Below, one piece after another: positions 21,926 through 32,064 of a DNA stretch of 64,000 nucleotides. The stretch is from Polyangiales bacterium (GTDB lineage Bacteria > Myxococcota_A > Polyangia > Polyangiales > Polyangiaceae): NCBI GenBank assembly GCA_038231275.1, contig JBBRLQ010000007.1, forward strand, positions 275,825 to 339,824, written 5' to 3'. The position numbers and the translations under genes are program-made. The notes under the pieces are model-generated. The model saw nothing but the letters and a program-made list of their open reading frames with translations, was not told the origin of the DNA and did not search any database. Position 1 is the stretch's first letter. Each line of letters begins with the position of its first letter.

Positions 21926-24900
21926 TCAGGTCCAGGTCGCGCCGACGCGGCGGCGCAGGGCCGTCGCTTCGGTGGTGAGGGCGAAGCGGATCACGTCGCC
22001 CGCGAACGCGTGCTCGAGCACTTTGCCGAGCGAGTCCCGGCCCGGCGTGTCGGTGGCGCGCATGAACGCGGGATCGAGGCCGCGTAGCTCGTCGATCGTC
22101 GCCAGCAAATCGCCGGTGAGCAGGTACGCGATGCGCAGCTCGGCGCGGGCGAGTGCGCCGATGAACACGTCGACTGGCACCGGCCGCCCAGACGCCGCCG
22201 CGAGATGCGGCTGCAGCTCCTCGAGGAGCTTGCGCTGGCGGCGGGACAAGGCCTTGGCCACGCCCGGCTCGTACTGCGCGACGAGCTTCGACGAGATCAC
22301 GTCCACGTCGTCGGCGCCGTACGTCGGCATCACCTGACGCGCCGACGCGATGAGGAGCGCTTCGATGTGCGGCGGCGGAAGCTCTTCCAGCCAGGGCACG
22401 CCGAGCGCGATGCGCGCGAGCGCGCGGGCCAGCGACGCGAGCTGCGTCGGCTCCGGCAAGTCCGTCAAGGCGCGCGGCACGACCACCCACAAGCTGTCCT
22501 GAGCGAGGACACGCGTGCGCGTGACCGCGGACGTGACGACGAGATCGACCTCCGCGACGCCCACCGCGCGCGCGAGCCGATCCAAGAGCGCGCGCGTCGG
22601 GTGCCCGCTGCGCGAGCTGATCCGATCGCGCGACGAGATGCCGAGATCCGTGAGATCCGCGCGCAGGAGCTTCGACTCGATGCCGGCGATCGCGGCGGCG
22701 ACCTCGAGCATCACGTGGCGCCCCTCGTTCGGCAGCACGTGGGTGACGAGCGCCGCGCGATCGAGGCCGCTGTGGTGACCTTCGAGCGGCTGGAGGCGGC
22801 GCGAGCGCAGCCACTTGTGGCGCCCATCGTCGAGATCGCCGCAGATCGCGCGCAGCTCGCTGATGATGAGCGCGTCTTCGCTCTTGCGCTCGGCCCCGAG
22901 GGACGTCTCGAGCAGCTCGAGGGCGGTCGCCGGATCGGACACGCTCATGATCGGCCGCGGGTTCGGGAGCAGCATCGACATGAGGACGCGCGTGGACTCC
23001 TCGTTCGCGCCGAGGCGCTTGTACGCGCTCGCGAGCTCGAAGCGCGTCTCGTACAGAGTCGGATCCATCTGCACGGCTTTTTGCAGGTGCACGACGCCGT
23101 CCCGCACGCGGCCCATGCCCTCGATCTCGAGCTGCCCGAGGGCGGCCAGCCAGCGCGGATCGACGTGCCCGATCTTCTGTCCGCGCGCGATGACCTGCGT
23201 GAGCGCGCGGGCGTAAGAGACGACGTCGCGGCCCTTGGAGGTCCGGAAGAGGCTGCCGAGCTTGGCGAAGGCCTTGGTGTTGAGCGGCGCGTACGCGACG
23301 GCATCGACGAGCGCGCGCTCGGCACCCTCGCGATCGTCCAGCTCGATACGAATGTCGGCCAGCTCGAGGAGGATGGTCGCCTTCTGGCCGTGATCTTTTT
23401 CGACCTCGGACAGCTTGTCGAGCATCTCCGAGATCTCGCGCTTGGCGTCGGGGCGGCCGCCCGCGTGCTCCGACTGCGACGACGCGACGCGATGGATGAG
23501 GGCGCGTAGGGCCCGCGCGTTCGCGGGATCGATGTTGAGGGCGAGCCGGAGGACGCGTTCGGCTTCGTCGGGGCGCGACAGCACCTTCTCGTACACGCTC
23601 GCGAGCGCGAACAGCGCGGTGAGGCGAGGACCCGGCTCGCGGCTGATCGCAGCGACCGACTCCAGCGCCTCGACCGCCTCCGGCCACGCGCGCTGCGCGA
23701 TGCACAGCTCGCTCAAGAGGAGGAGCGACGGTACGTGGTTCGGCGCCGCTTCTCGGACGTGGCGCATGGCGTCGATGCCGACGGTCAAGTCACCCAGCTC
23801 GTCGCGCGCGACGCGGGCGATCTCCGAGCCGAGCATGACGATCGCGTCGGGGCTCTTCGCGCGCGTGATCGCCGAGCGGAAGGTCTCCACGAGGCGCTCG
23901 GCCTGGCGCTGCTCGATGCGCACGGTGGCGAGCCGACCTGCCGCGGGGATGGAATCGGGCTCGGACTCCAGCGCCTCTTCGAGGAGGCGCCCTGCGCGCT
24001 CGTGCCGCTCGTCGCGCGGTCCGAGGCGATCGTCGGAGTCGTTGCCGAGGAGCAGCTCCGCGGCATCGAGGAGGTACCGCGCCTTCGCCTTGGGCGCCGT
24101 CGCGAGGTTGGCGAGCGACATCGCCGCCTCGATCGCCCCCGCCGCGTCGCCGAGCTTGTTGCTCAGACGCGCCAGGCCCGTGGCGGCGGTCACGCTGAGC
24201 GAATCGATCGCGAGCGCCGCGCGGTAGCGGTCGAGCGCCTCGCGCGCGAGGCCGCCTGATTCGTTGGCGTCGCCGGCCGCCGATTCGAGGAGGAGCGCGA
24301 GGCGGAGCTGCATCGCGATCTGTGACCCATCGTCCGAGGCGAGCGCGCAAAGGGCGCGAAGAGAGGAGATGACCGCCTTTCGCGCCCGCGCTTCACCGCG
24401 CCGCGCCGCGGCCAGATCGCGGCGCACGGTGGCCTCGAGCGCGCCCGGATCGGTCGGGTCGAGATCGAGGATGCGCGAGTACGTGTTCGAGGGGCTGTCG
24501 GTGAGCGGGAGGCGCCACTCCTCGAGCGCCGCGAGGTTCCACAGCGCGCCTAGGCGCGCGCGCACGTCGATGAACGCGTCGCCCTGCTTCGACAAGACGC
24601 GCGACAGCGGCGACCACGACGCCGTCCGCCGCGCGAGCGCCTCGAGCATGCGGAGGGCCGGGATGTGGCCGGGATCCTCGGCGAGCACCGACTCGAGGAG
24701 GCCCATCGCGTGCGGCAGATCCTGTCCGAGCTCGACGAGCAGCGCCGCGTACTCGAAGCCGAAGATCTGCGCTTGCTGCGGCGAACCGGCGCGATCGTAG
24801 CGCTTGGCCAGGTGCGAAGCGCGCTCGCCGAGGGCGGCGGGGGTGATGCGCGCGCTCGGCGACGTGGCAGGCCGCACCGCGCCGCGCCGCGCGAGCACGC

Positions 24901-27844
24901 GCGAGAGGCGATCGGCGATCATGTCGTCCTCCGGCGTCTCCGCAAGCGCGCGCGAATAGAGGAGGGAGGCCGACTCGTCGTTCTCGAGGCGCAGCTCGTC
25001 GATCTCGGCGGCGCGGACCAGGAACCGCGCGCGCTCCTCGCGGGTCGGCGCGTCCATCGCAAGTTGCGTCAGCGCGTCGCGGAGCGCGCGATCGTCGCCG
25101 GCGTTCTCGAGCACGCGCGCGATCTCCGCGGGCGGCACCGGGTGCGCGGGATCGAGCGCGCGCGCTTGCTGGAGCGACCGCAATGCGTCGGACGGCGCGC
25201 GCAGCCGCGTGTCTTGCATCTGCGCGAGGCTGAGCCAGAGCGGAAAGCGCTCCTGCGCGCCGTGCGTGTGATCGATGCGCGACGCGAGCGCCTTGGCGGC
25301 CGCCTCCCAGCGGTTGGCCTCTTCGTGGAGGCGCACTTGAAGGGCGCGCGCGGCGCCATGTGCCTGATCGGCGCCGAGGACCTCCTGCACGATCGCGATG
25401 GCGCGGGCCGGATCGTGGCGCGCGAGCGCGGTCGCGGCGCGGACCTTGAGCGCGAGCACGTCGACGCCGTCCTCGGCGATTCGCGCCTCGTCGAGGAGGG
25501 CGCGGGCGAGCGCGCGCTCGTCGCCGCAGCGCGCCGCGTTGCGCGCGAGGCCGAGCACCGCGCTGCGACGGCGAGGTTCGAGGCTCAAGATCTCCTCGTA
25601 CGCGCGCGCGGCGCGCTGGGCGTCGCCGATCAGCTCCTCCCAGAGGAGCGCCACCCGCTCGAGGTACGCGACGCGCCTCCCCGGATCGGACGCCGTCTGC
25701 GTCGCTTGCACGTACAGCTCGATGAGCGCGCGCACGTCGCCGTCGACGCGCTGCGACGGGGCAGGGGAGAGCAGGCGCGAGAGCATGTCGAGCGTCTCGG
25801 AGTCGCCGGGGTTCGCCACCCACGCCGCGCGCAGGTGACGGATCGCGTCGACCGGACGCTGGAGCGAGCCGTCGGCGATCACCGCAGCGCGGCACAGCGC
25901 GCGCGCTCGTTTCTTCCCGTCCTCGGTGCGCGCGGCCTCGGTGAGCCAAAGCGCCATGCGCTGCTCGTCCTTCACAGCCATCCCGAGCAGGCGATCGAGC
26001 GTCTCGATGAGCGTCGGATCGTCGTCCTCGAGCGTCATCGCGCGCTGGATGTCGCCGACCGCGCTCTCGAGATCGCCGAGGCGCTCATGCACCATCGCGA
26101 GGGTGCGAAGCTCGTGTGCCAGGTGCGCCGGTTCGTGGATGAAGCGAAGACGCGATCGCCGCGCGCGTGCCGCCTCGGGCCACATCGCCGTGGCTTCGTA
26201 CAAGCGCACCAGCTCGTCGAGCACGCGCCGATCGACGCTCGGTGTCGTGGGCTCGCGCGTCATGGCGCGCTCCAGGAGCGACACGGCCTTCGCGTCGTCC
26301 TTGAGCCGACGATCGGCGATCGTCGCCGCCTCGAGCTCGAGGCGCGCGCTTCGGGCGCCGCTCGTCTCGATCCCCGCCTCTTCTTCGAGCGCCTCGACGA
26401 GCGCGGGCATGTCGCGCTGCGCGGCGACGTGGTTCACGTACGCGTCGCGCACCGGCCCGACGCCTGGATCCAGGCGCACCGCGCGCTCGAGGGCTCCCCG
26501 CGCCGCGTCCACGCGACCAAGCCGCCACTCGAGCAGGTGCGCGCGCTCGACGTGAAGCCAAGCCGCGAGACGCGGCTCGCTCGCGAACGCGTCGGCCATC
26601 CGCCCGAGGTGACCCGCGAGCGCGTCGAACGCTTCGGAGCCGAAATCCGCGTTCGTCCGCGCGACGAGCTCCGCCTCGAGCCCCTTCAGCGCTGCCGCGT
26701 GGTGCGGCGCCCGCGTGAGCGCTTGCTCCCACGCCGCGCGCACCGCGTCGGATTTCTCTCCGCTCGCCTCGAGCAGCCGCGCGCGCTCGACGATGAGCTC
26801 GACGGTCTGCGCCTCCGCGCTCGACGCCGACAGCTCTTGCCCCAAGTGCAAAAGAAGCTGCCCGATCGCGGCGCGTCCGTGCTTGCGGCGGCGAAGCAAG
26901 CCGTGCGCGCTCGCCAGCTCGGGATCGACGCGCAGCGCCGCCTCCGCGTGCCCAATACACTTGGTCTCGTCGCCGAGCACCTCGCTGGCGATCGCCATCT
27001 CCATGTGCGCGCGCGCGAGCCCCACGCGATCGACGGTCCCCTCGAGCGTCGCCACGCGCGCGGAGAGCAGCTCGGCGAGCGCGGCTCCGCTCAGCCCGCC
27101 GTCGGGCGTACGCGACGACACCGAGATGCTCGCATGCGAGAGCTGCGACGCGAGCGATCCTGGCGGCATCGACGCGCTCGGCGGCCGGCTCGGCGGCGGC
27201 GCGGGCAGCGGCGGCGGCCGAGTGCTCGTGCGCGACGCGTCGCCCGGCGGCGGCGGCGGAATTCGCGTCGGCAAGGGCGGCGGCCCTTTGCTCCCACGAC
27301 CCGCCAAGGACGGCGGCGGCTTCGACGGCGGTGACGACGGAACCGATCCCGGCGGCGGCTCGCCTGCGGCCGGCACCGGCGACGAGTCCGTGCGCGGCGA
27401 CGGCCTGCCGATGTCGTACGGCGTCGGAAGAAGAAGAGGGTGCAGCTTCCCCGGCGGCTCCATCTGCGCCGGCTGCGTCTCGCTCGCCGCGGCCTTCAGC
27501 GTGCGCACCTGATCGTCGACGTTCCAGCTCTCGCCCGTCAGCGCGAGGAGCTTGTCGATCGAGTTCACACCGGCCGTGGAGCTCGGCACGAGGTCACCGA
27601 CGTCGACGTCGATCGACACCTCGGACGACGCCGCCGATCGCCCCGGCAAGGTCTCCGCGTCGATCCCGTCGATCTGCACCTTCGGCAGCGGCGGAGGCAC
27701 GGGCGGAGGCGCCGCGCGCTCGCTCGGAAGCGGCGGCGGTCCGGCGCTCCCGGGAAGGGGCGGCGGGCCCGCGCTGCCAGGGAGCGGCGGCGGGATGGAC
27801 TCCTTCTTGGGGTGCGGCGGCGGCTTGGCGCTCTTTTGCGCCAT
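21926..27844 (-). CDS. giant TPR-repeat protein (1972 aa) with Pro-rich N-terminus
   Basis: Many helical A..A...DP...A repeats; GAGG RBS; C-terminal ELRIAYLLTGDL segment. Confidence 0.85.
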   Translation of the reverse strand: MAQKSAKPPPHPKKESIPPPLPGSAGPPPLPGSAGPPPLPSERAAPPPVPPPLPKVQIDGIDAETLPGRSAASSEVSIDVDVGDLVPSSTAGVNSIDKLLALTGESWNVDDQVRTLKAAASETQPAQMEPPGKLHPLLLPTPYDIGRPSPRTDSSPVPAAGEPPPGSVPSSPPSKPPPSLAGRGSKGPPPLPTRIPPPPPGDASRTSTRPPPLPAPPPSRPPSASMPPGSLASQLSHASISVSSRTPDGGLSGAALAELLSARVATLEGTVDRVGLARAHMEMAIASEVLGDETKCIGHAEAALRVDPELASAHGLLRRRKHGRAAIGQLLLHLGQELSASSAEAQTVELIVERARLLEASGEKSDAVRAAWEQALTRAPHHAAALKGLEAELVARTNADFGSEAFDALAGHLGRMADAFASEPRLAAWLHVERAHLLEWRLGRVDAARGALERAVRLDPGVGPVRDAYVNHVAAQRDMPALVEALEEEAGIETSGARSARLELEAATIADRRLKDDAKAVSLLERAMTREPTTPSVDRRVLDELVRLYEATAMWPEAARARRSRLRFIHEPAHLAHELRTLAMVHERLGDLESAVGDIQRAMTLEDDDPTLIETLDRLLGMAVKDEQRMALWLTEAARTEDGKKRARALCRAAVIADGSLQRPVDAIRHLRAAWVANPGDSETLDMLSRLLSPAPSQRVDGDVRALIELYVQATQTASDPGRRVAYLERVALLWEELIGDAQRAARAYEEILSLEPRRRSAVLGLARNAARCGDERALARALLDEARIAEDGVDVLALKVRAATALARHDPARAIAIVQEVLGADQAHGAARALQVRLHEEANRWEAAAKALASRIDHTHGAQERFPLWLSLAQMQDTRLRAPSDALRSLQQARALDPAHPVPPAEIARVLENAGDDRALRDALTQLAMDAPTREERARFLVRAAEIDELRLENDESASLLYSRALAETPEDDMIADRLSRVLARRGAVRPATSPSARITPAALGERASHLAKRYDRAGSPQQAQIFGFEYAALLVELGQDLPHAMGLLESVLAEDPGHIPALRMLEALARRTASWSPLSRVLSKQGDAFIDVRARLGALWNLAALEEWRLPLTDSPSNTYSRILDLDPTDPGALEATVRRDLAAARRGEARARKAVISSLRALCALASDDGSQIAMQLRLALLLESAAGDANESGGLAREALDRYRAALAIDSLSVTAATGLARLSNKLGDAAGAIEAAMSLANLATAPKAKARYLLDAAELLLGNDSDDRLGPRDERHERAGRLLEEALESEPDSIPAAGRLATVRIEQRQAERLVETFRSAITRAKSPDAIVMLGSEIARVARDELGDLTVGIDAMRHVREAAPNHVPSLLLLSELCIAQRAWPEAVEALESVAAISREPGPRLTALFALASVYEKVLSRPDEAERVLRLALNIDPANARALRALIHRVASSQSEHAGGRPDAKREISEMLDKLSEVEKDHGQKATILLELADIRIELDDREGAERALVDAVAYAPLNTKAFAKLGSLFRTSKGRDVVSYARALTQVIARGQKIGHVDPRWLAALGQLEIEGMGRVRDGVVHLQKAVQMDPTLYETRFELASAYKRLGANEESTRVLMSMLLPNPRPIMSVSDPATALELLETSLGAERKSEDALIISELRAICGDLDDGRHKWLRSRRLQPLEGHHSGLDRAALVTHVLPNEGRHVMLEVAAAIAGIESKLLRADLTDLGISSRDRISSRSGHPTRALLDRLARAVGVAEVDLVVTSAVTRTRVLAQDSLWVVVPRALTDLPEPTQLASLARALARIALGVPWLEELPPPHIEALLIASARQVMPTYGADDVDVISSKLVAQYEPGVAKALSRRQRKLLEELQPHLAAASGRPVPVDVFIGALARAELRIAYLLTGDLLATIDELRGLDPAFMRATDTPGRDSLGKVLEHAFAGDVIRFALTTEATALRRRVGATWT

Positions 27845-27921
27845 GGATGTTCCTCTGGCGAGAATCCTCGCACATTTGCACCCGACTACGCCATGTGGGT
27901 TCGCGGGGGTAAGATGAGGGG

Positions 27922-28536
27922 GTGCCGCTCTCCGATCGCGCCTTCCGTCGCCACGCCGCCGCCCTCGCGCTGGCGTCGCTCGCGCTCTCGGGGTGCACGT
28001 TCCTCGTCGACTTCGTCACGAAGGATCAAGCGGACACGCTTTGCGACGGCGGCGCGTGCCTCGACGCGACGTTCGTGCCCGACGTGCAGCAAGGCGACAC
28101 CGCGCCGCCCGACTCGGAACCGTCCATGGACGCGCCGTTCGAGAAATCTCCGAACGACGTCCACGTCGAGGTCGCCCAATGCCCGAACCCCTGTCGAAAC
28201 CGCGACAACGGCTGGTACTGCGGCAACAACGGCCTCTTCTGCAACGCGCCGCCCGACGATCTCTACTACTGCGAGAAGGACGCCGCCGCCGACGTCACCG
28301 CGTGCGTCAACGGCTGCGTTCCGCTCCCGAGCGGTCACCCCGACACGTGCGATCCGTGCTTCGGAAAAGCCGACGGCAGGTACTGCGGAAAGGATCTCCC
28401 GATCGTCCCGCACGTCCCCGGCGTCGACAAGAACGACATCTACTTGTTCGATTGCAAGGGCGGCCAGACGACGACCGCGAGCCAGGCGTGCCCGGCCACG
28501 TGCACGGGCGCGCCGCCGAACGGCAAGTGCGGGTGA
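27922..28536 (+). CDS. Cys-rich lipoprotein
   Basis: Lipobox LSGC; two NGWYCG/DGRYCG...C repeats. Confidence 0.75.
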   Translation: MPLSDRAFRRHAAALALASLALSGCTFLVDFVTKDQADTLCDGGACLDATFVPDVQQGDTAPPDSEPSMDAPFEKSPNDVHVEVAQCPNPCRNRDNGWYCGNNGLFCNAPPDDLYYCEKDAAADVTACVNGCVPLPSGHPDTCDPCFGKADGRYCGKDLPIVPHVPGVDKNDIYLFDCKGGQTTTASQACPATCTGAPPNGKCG

Positions 28537-28543
28537 GCCGCGC

Positions 28544-29869
28544 TTAGTTGCAGGTCGTCGAGGCCTGGCAGGCCGCGACCTTGTCGCCGCACGCCTTCTG
28601 CACGCAGCCCTGCTGGCACGTCTTCGGGTCCGCGTCCGTCGAGCACGACTTCTTGCACGCCGGGCCGTTCACGAAATTGCACTTCGCGGCGTCGTCGAGG
28701 AGCGCCGTCGAGCCGTGGCATACGGAGAGAAGACAGCGATACGCTTCGTCCTCCGACGTCGCGAGGCTCGCGCAGAGGAGCGACTGCGCGCAGTTCTGGT
28801 TGCCGTCCTTGCCGTACCAGGTCCCCGCCAGCGAGAAGCCGTCGTAGGTGCCGTCGTTGCTGCACAGCTCCGTCTTCGCGTCGCGCGGGTAGTAGACGCC
28901 GATGATCATGCACATCTCGTCTTTGGTCGTGGGACCTTGGACGATGTTCCTATCCTCGTCGTTCCGGTAGTTGCAGTGGTAGTTGAGCGTGGAGCCTGCC
29001 TTGATCTGCATGCCGGGCGCGAAGCTCTTCACCGGGACCTGCTCCCAGTTCGAGCTCTCGTAGATCATCTGCGGCGGTGCCGTCGGCGCGGCCGGTGCGG
29101 CCGGCGGTGAGACGAACGCCTGCCCGCCGAGCCCGCGCGCGTGCATGTGCGTTTGCAGATTGAGCACCGTGATGTCGCTGTTCACGGGACAGGACATCTC
29201 CGCGTATCCGCTCGAGTGGGCGGCGATGCGGATGATTGGATCGTAGAAGAAGATGATCCCGGCCTCGGTCGTGACCTGCTCCTTCGGGATCGTCCAGAGG
29301 TTGATGCGCGAGTCGACGGTGACGGGCTTCGTCTGCGCATTCAAGTAGTGCGTGTTCATCAGGATGACGGTGCCGCCCTCGAGCTTCACCGCGACGTTCG
29401 GCGGCAGACCGTCCACAACCGAAGGCGCGTTGGCCGACTGGGAGCCCGCGATGACGCCGTTGACGCTCCAGTCGCCGGTGCCGCCGTTCGGGGCGTCGAA
29501 CACGCCGGAGGTGTCGTGCGTGACCCCGCGCTCGTCGACGGTCGGGATCGTCTTGTACGGCGTCGAATAGATGAGGACGTGATGGCTGCCCGCCGTGAAG
29601 CGCACCTCTTCGCGGTTCACGTAGAGCCCCTCGGGCGGCACTTGGAAGAACTGCACGCGCTCGATCTCTTGCCCGGGGTCGAGCGACGAGACCATGCGGT
29701 ACTGAACACCGTGCCCAGTCGGCGGCGGATCGAGGAGCGACGCAGCGGCGGCGTCCACGGCGGGAGCGCCTCCATCGTCCGTGACCGGCGCGCTCGGGGA
29801 GCTCTTGGACGACGAGCACGCGCACGCGACGAGCGGGAGAACCACCGAAGCGAGGACACCAAGACGCAT
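28544..29869 (-). CDS. copper type II ascorbate-dependent monooxygenase (PHM/DBH-like) lipoprotein
   Basis: GSHHVLIY, NTHYLN, THMHARG and DEMC copper-ligand motifs; lipobox; Cys-rich tail. Alternative start at 29896. Confidence 0.8.
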   Translation of the reverse strand: MRLGVLASVVLPLVACACSSSKSSPSAPVTDDGGAPAVDAAAASLLDPPPTGHGVQYRMVSSLDPGQEIERVQFFQVPPEGLYVNREEVRFTAGSHHVLIYSTPYKTIPTVDERGVTHDTSGVFDAPNGGTGDWSVNGVIAGSQSANAPSVVDGLPPNVAVKLEGGTVILMNTHYLNAQTKPVTVDSRINLWTIPKEQVTTEAGIIFFYDPIIRIAAHSSGYAEMSCPVNSDITVLNLQTHMHARGLGGQAFVSPPAAPAAPTAPPQMIYESSNWEQVPVKSFAPGMQIKAGSTLNYHCNYRNDEDRNIVQGPTTKDEMCMIIGVYYPRDAKTELCSNDGTYDGFSLAGTWYGKDGNQNCAQSLLCASLATSEDEAYRCLLSVCHGSTALLDDAAKCNFVNGPACKKSCSTDADPKTCQQGCVQKACGDKVAACQASTTCN

Positions 29870-29965
29870 TGAAAGCTCCTTCAAGGGGACCAACATACGG
29901 ACTCGTATGTAGCACCAGGATGGCCGTGAGCCACGACCGAAAATCGCAGCGTCATATCTATAGGC

Positions 29966-31909
29966 CTACTTGGCCGAAAAGGGACGGCCGCCCATCGTTT
30001 TCTCGGCATAGAGCCGCAGATCGGCGCAAGCCTCGGGGCCGAGGTCGTTCACCTCGTCGGGATCCTTCGCCACGTCGAAGCAGTTCCACGCGTGGTCCCA
30101 CGTCGTCGCGATGAGCTTGCGGGTGCCCTGGATGGCGCCCCAGTTCTTGAAGGCGCAAGCCCATAGCTCGCTGCAGTTGGTGAGCGGCAGCACCTGATCG
30201 CGCGCCGAGCCGCCGCGGAGGAGGCTCTCTCCGGGCATCCGCGCGCGGTACGCCGTGATCTGCGGGGCGTCCCACATGCCCATCAGATCGAGCAACGTCG
30301 GCAGCATGTCGATCGACGTGAGCGGCTCCTTCGAGAGCGCGCGCAGGTGCGCCTCCTCGTCTAGTGTGAGCGTGCCGGGCGGCGCGTCGATCCAGAGGGG
30401 GATCCGGATCTCCGGATCGAAGAGCGTCCCGGTGTGGCCGACGGCGCCCTTCTCGCGCATCTGCTCGCCGTGATCGCTGACGAAGACGATGATGGTCCGC
30501 GCCCCCTCGGGCCGCGAGCGAACATAGTCGACGAGGCGACCGACCGCGCGATCCTGGAGGATGATCGAGTCCTGGTAGCGGTTCTTGATCTCGGTCTCGT
30601 AGCCGGGCCCGCTCGCCTCTTCTTGCGGTTGGAACGGCAAGAACTCCGGATCGATCGCGTACGGGAAATGCGTGTTCGAGAGGTGGACGACGCCGACGTA
30701 CGGCTCCTTGAGGGCGCCCATGTCGCCGGTGACGTACGTGACGAGCTTGCCGTCGTCGGCGCCGGTCTCGAGCGTCGCGTTCGGCTCGAGCTCCGTCGCG
30801 CTCACGTGGCGTGACACGGGGAGGCCGTCGACCCACGTGCCCGAGTTGCCGAAGAGCAGGTTCTGGCTCGTCCAGTAGGCGGTGTCCCATCCGCCGGCGC
30901 GCGCGTACTCCCAGAGGAGCGGGGCCTCGTGCAGATCTTTGCGCGACTCGGTCGGCAGCATCCCGCCCCACATGATCGCGAGCGAGATGGCGGTCGTCGA
31001 GTCGAGCGCGCGGACCTGCGTGAACGGGATGCGGTTCGGTGCCGCCGCGTTCGAGAACGGCGTCCATTTGCAGTCGGGATCGTGCTCGACGCACACGCTG
31101 TGCGAGCGAACGCTCTCGGTCACGATCATGAGCACGTTGCGGCGCGGCGTCGGCACCGGCGTGATCGCGGCGACCGGCAGCGGCGAGCGCGGCCCGGGAT
31201 GCACGCGCTCCACCGTCTCGTTGTGCTCCCAGTGTGCGCGCGCCAGGTAGCCCATCGCCGACAAGTAGAGGACGTCGGGCGTCGCCCCTTGCTCACCGCC
31301 CTCGGTCGGCGCCGCCACGAGCGAGAGCACCAGCGCGACGGCCGCCACGTCTACCGCGACGAGCGTGCGCGCGCGACGGAGCGGCGCGAGGAGCATTCCG
31401 CAAATCGCCAGCGCCACGATCGCGAGGATCGGCGGCAAGAGCGCGCCTGCGAAGCCGACGCGATCGCTCCACAGCTGCTGCCCGATGCTCGGCAGCATCG
31501 ACGTGCCGACGAGGACCGCGCGGTGGTTCAAGTACGCCTGGTAGCGATCGAACGAGTAGGTCTGCCCGCCGAACGCGAAGAGGGCCAACGCCACGAGGAG
31601 GAGGCGCGCGACGTGACGGGCCACTCCGTCTCGCCGCGTCGCGATCGCGAGGAGCGCGCCCCAGAGCACAAAGCTGAGGACGATCGTGACGACGTAGTAC
31701 TGGAGCTCAATCTCTTCGAAGTGACGGATCTGCTCGCGGCGCCGCGCGACGTCGGTAGCGGCGATCCCGATCGCCGGCACCGCGAGGAGGGCGCGGCCGA
31801 GCCACCGACGAAGCCGCGCACGACCGCGGATGCCGAGCGACGCGCGCGGCAGGGCAGCGCTCGTCGAGGCATCCTCGACGGCCAGCTGCGGCTTCGAACG
31901 GGGGGACAT
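29966..31909 (-). CDS. membrane alkaline-phosphatase-superfamily enzyme (sulfatase-like; LTA synthase or phosphoethanolamine transferase type)
   Basis: About 5 N-terminal TM helices; VTESVR, STTAIS, THFPY and SDHGE motifs. Confidence 0.8.
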   Translation of the reverse strand: MSPRSKPQLAVEDASTSAALPRASLGIRGRARLRRWLGRALLAVPAIGIAATDVARRREQIRHFEEIELQYYVVTIVLSFVLWGALLAIATRRDGVARHVARLLLVALALFAFGGQTYSFDRYQAYLNHRAVLVGTSMLPSIGQQLWSDRVGFAGALLPPILAIVALAICGMLLAPLRRARTLVAVDVAAVALVLSLVAAPTEGGEQGATPDVLYLSAMGYLARAHWEHNETVERVHPGPRSPLPVAAITPVPTPRRNVLMIVTESVRSHSVCVEHDPDCKWTPFSNAAAPNRIPFTQVRALDSTTAISLAIMWGGMLPTESRKDLHEAPLLWEYARAGGWDTAYWTSQNLLFGNSGTWVDGLPVSRHVSATELEPNATLETGADDGKLVTYVTGDMGALKEPYVGVVHLSNTHFPYAIDPEFLPFQPQEEASGPGYETEIKNRYQDSIILQDRAVGRLVDYVRSRPEGARTIIVFVSDHGEQMREKGAVGHTGTLFDPEIRIPLWIDAPPGTLTLDEEAHLRALSKEPLTSIDMLPTLLDLMGMWDAPQITAYRARMPGESLLRGGSARDQVLPLTNCSELWACAFKNWGAIQGTRKLIATTWDHAWNCFDVAKDPDEVNDLGPEACADLRLYAEKTMGGRPFSAK

Positions 31910-32028
31910 GTAGGCCCGGATACTAGTGGGCCCCCTTGTCGGCCGCGTAAAAAGTTGTCATCGAAACGTCACCGGGTCGTCCCAGAATGCCGAAAAAATG
32001 GGCTCTTCAGAAAAATGCGCGGTGCTAC

Positions 32029-32057
32029 TTGCATTCATTCGCATCGACGCATATATC
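32029..32057 (+). promoter_or_regulatory. sigma70-type promoter with an overlapping imperfect palindrome (candidate SahR operator)
   Basis: TTGCAT-N17-TATATC; CATTCGCATCGACGCATATA (32036-32055) matches its reverse complement at 12 of 20 positions. Confidence 0.6.
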
Positions 32058-32064
32058 TTCCTTC

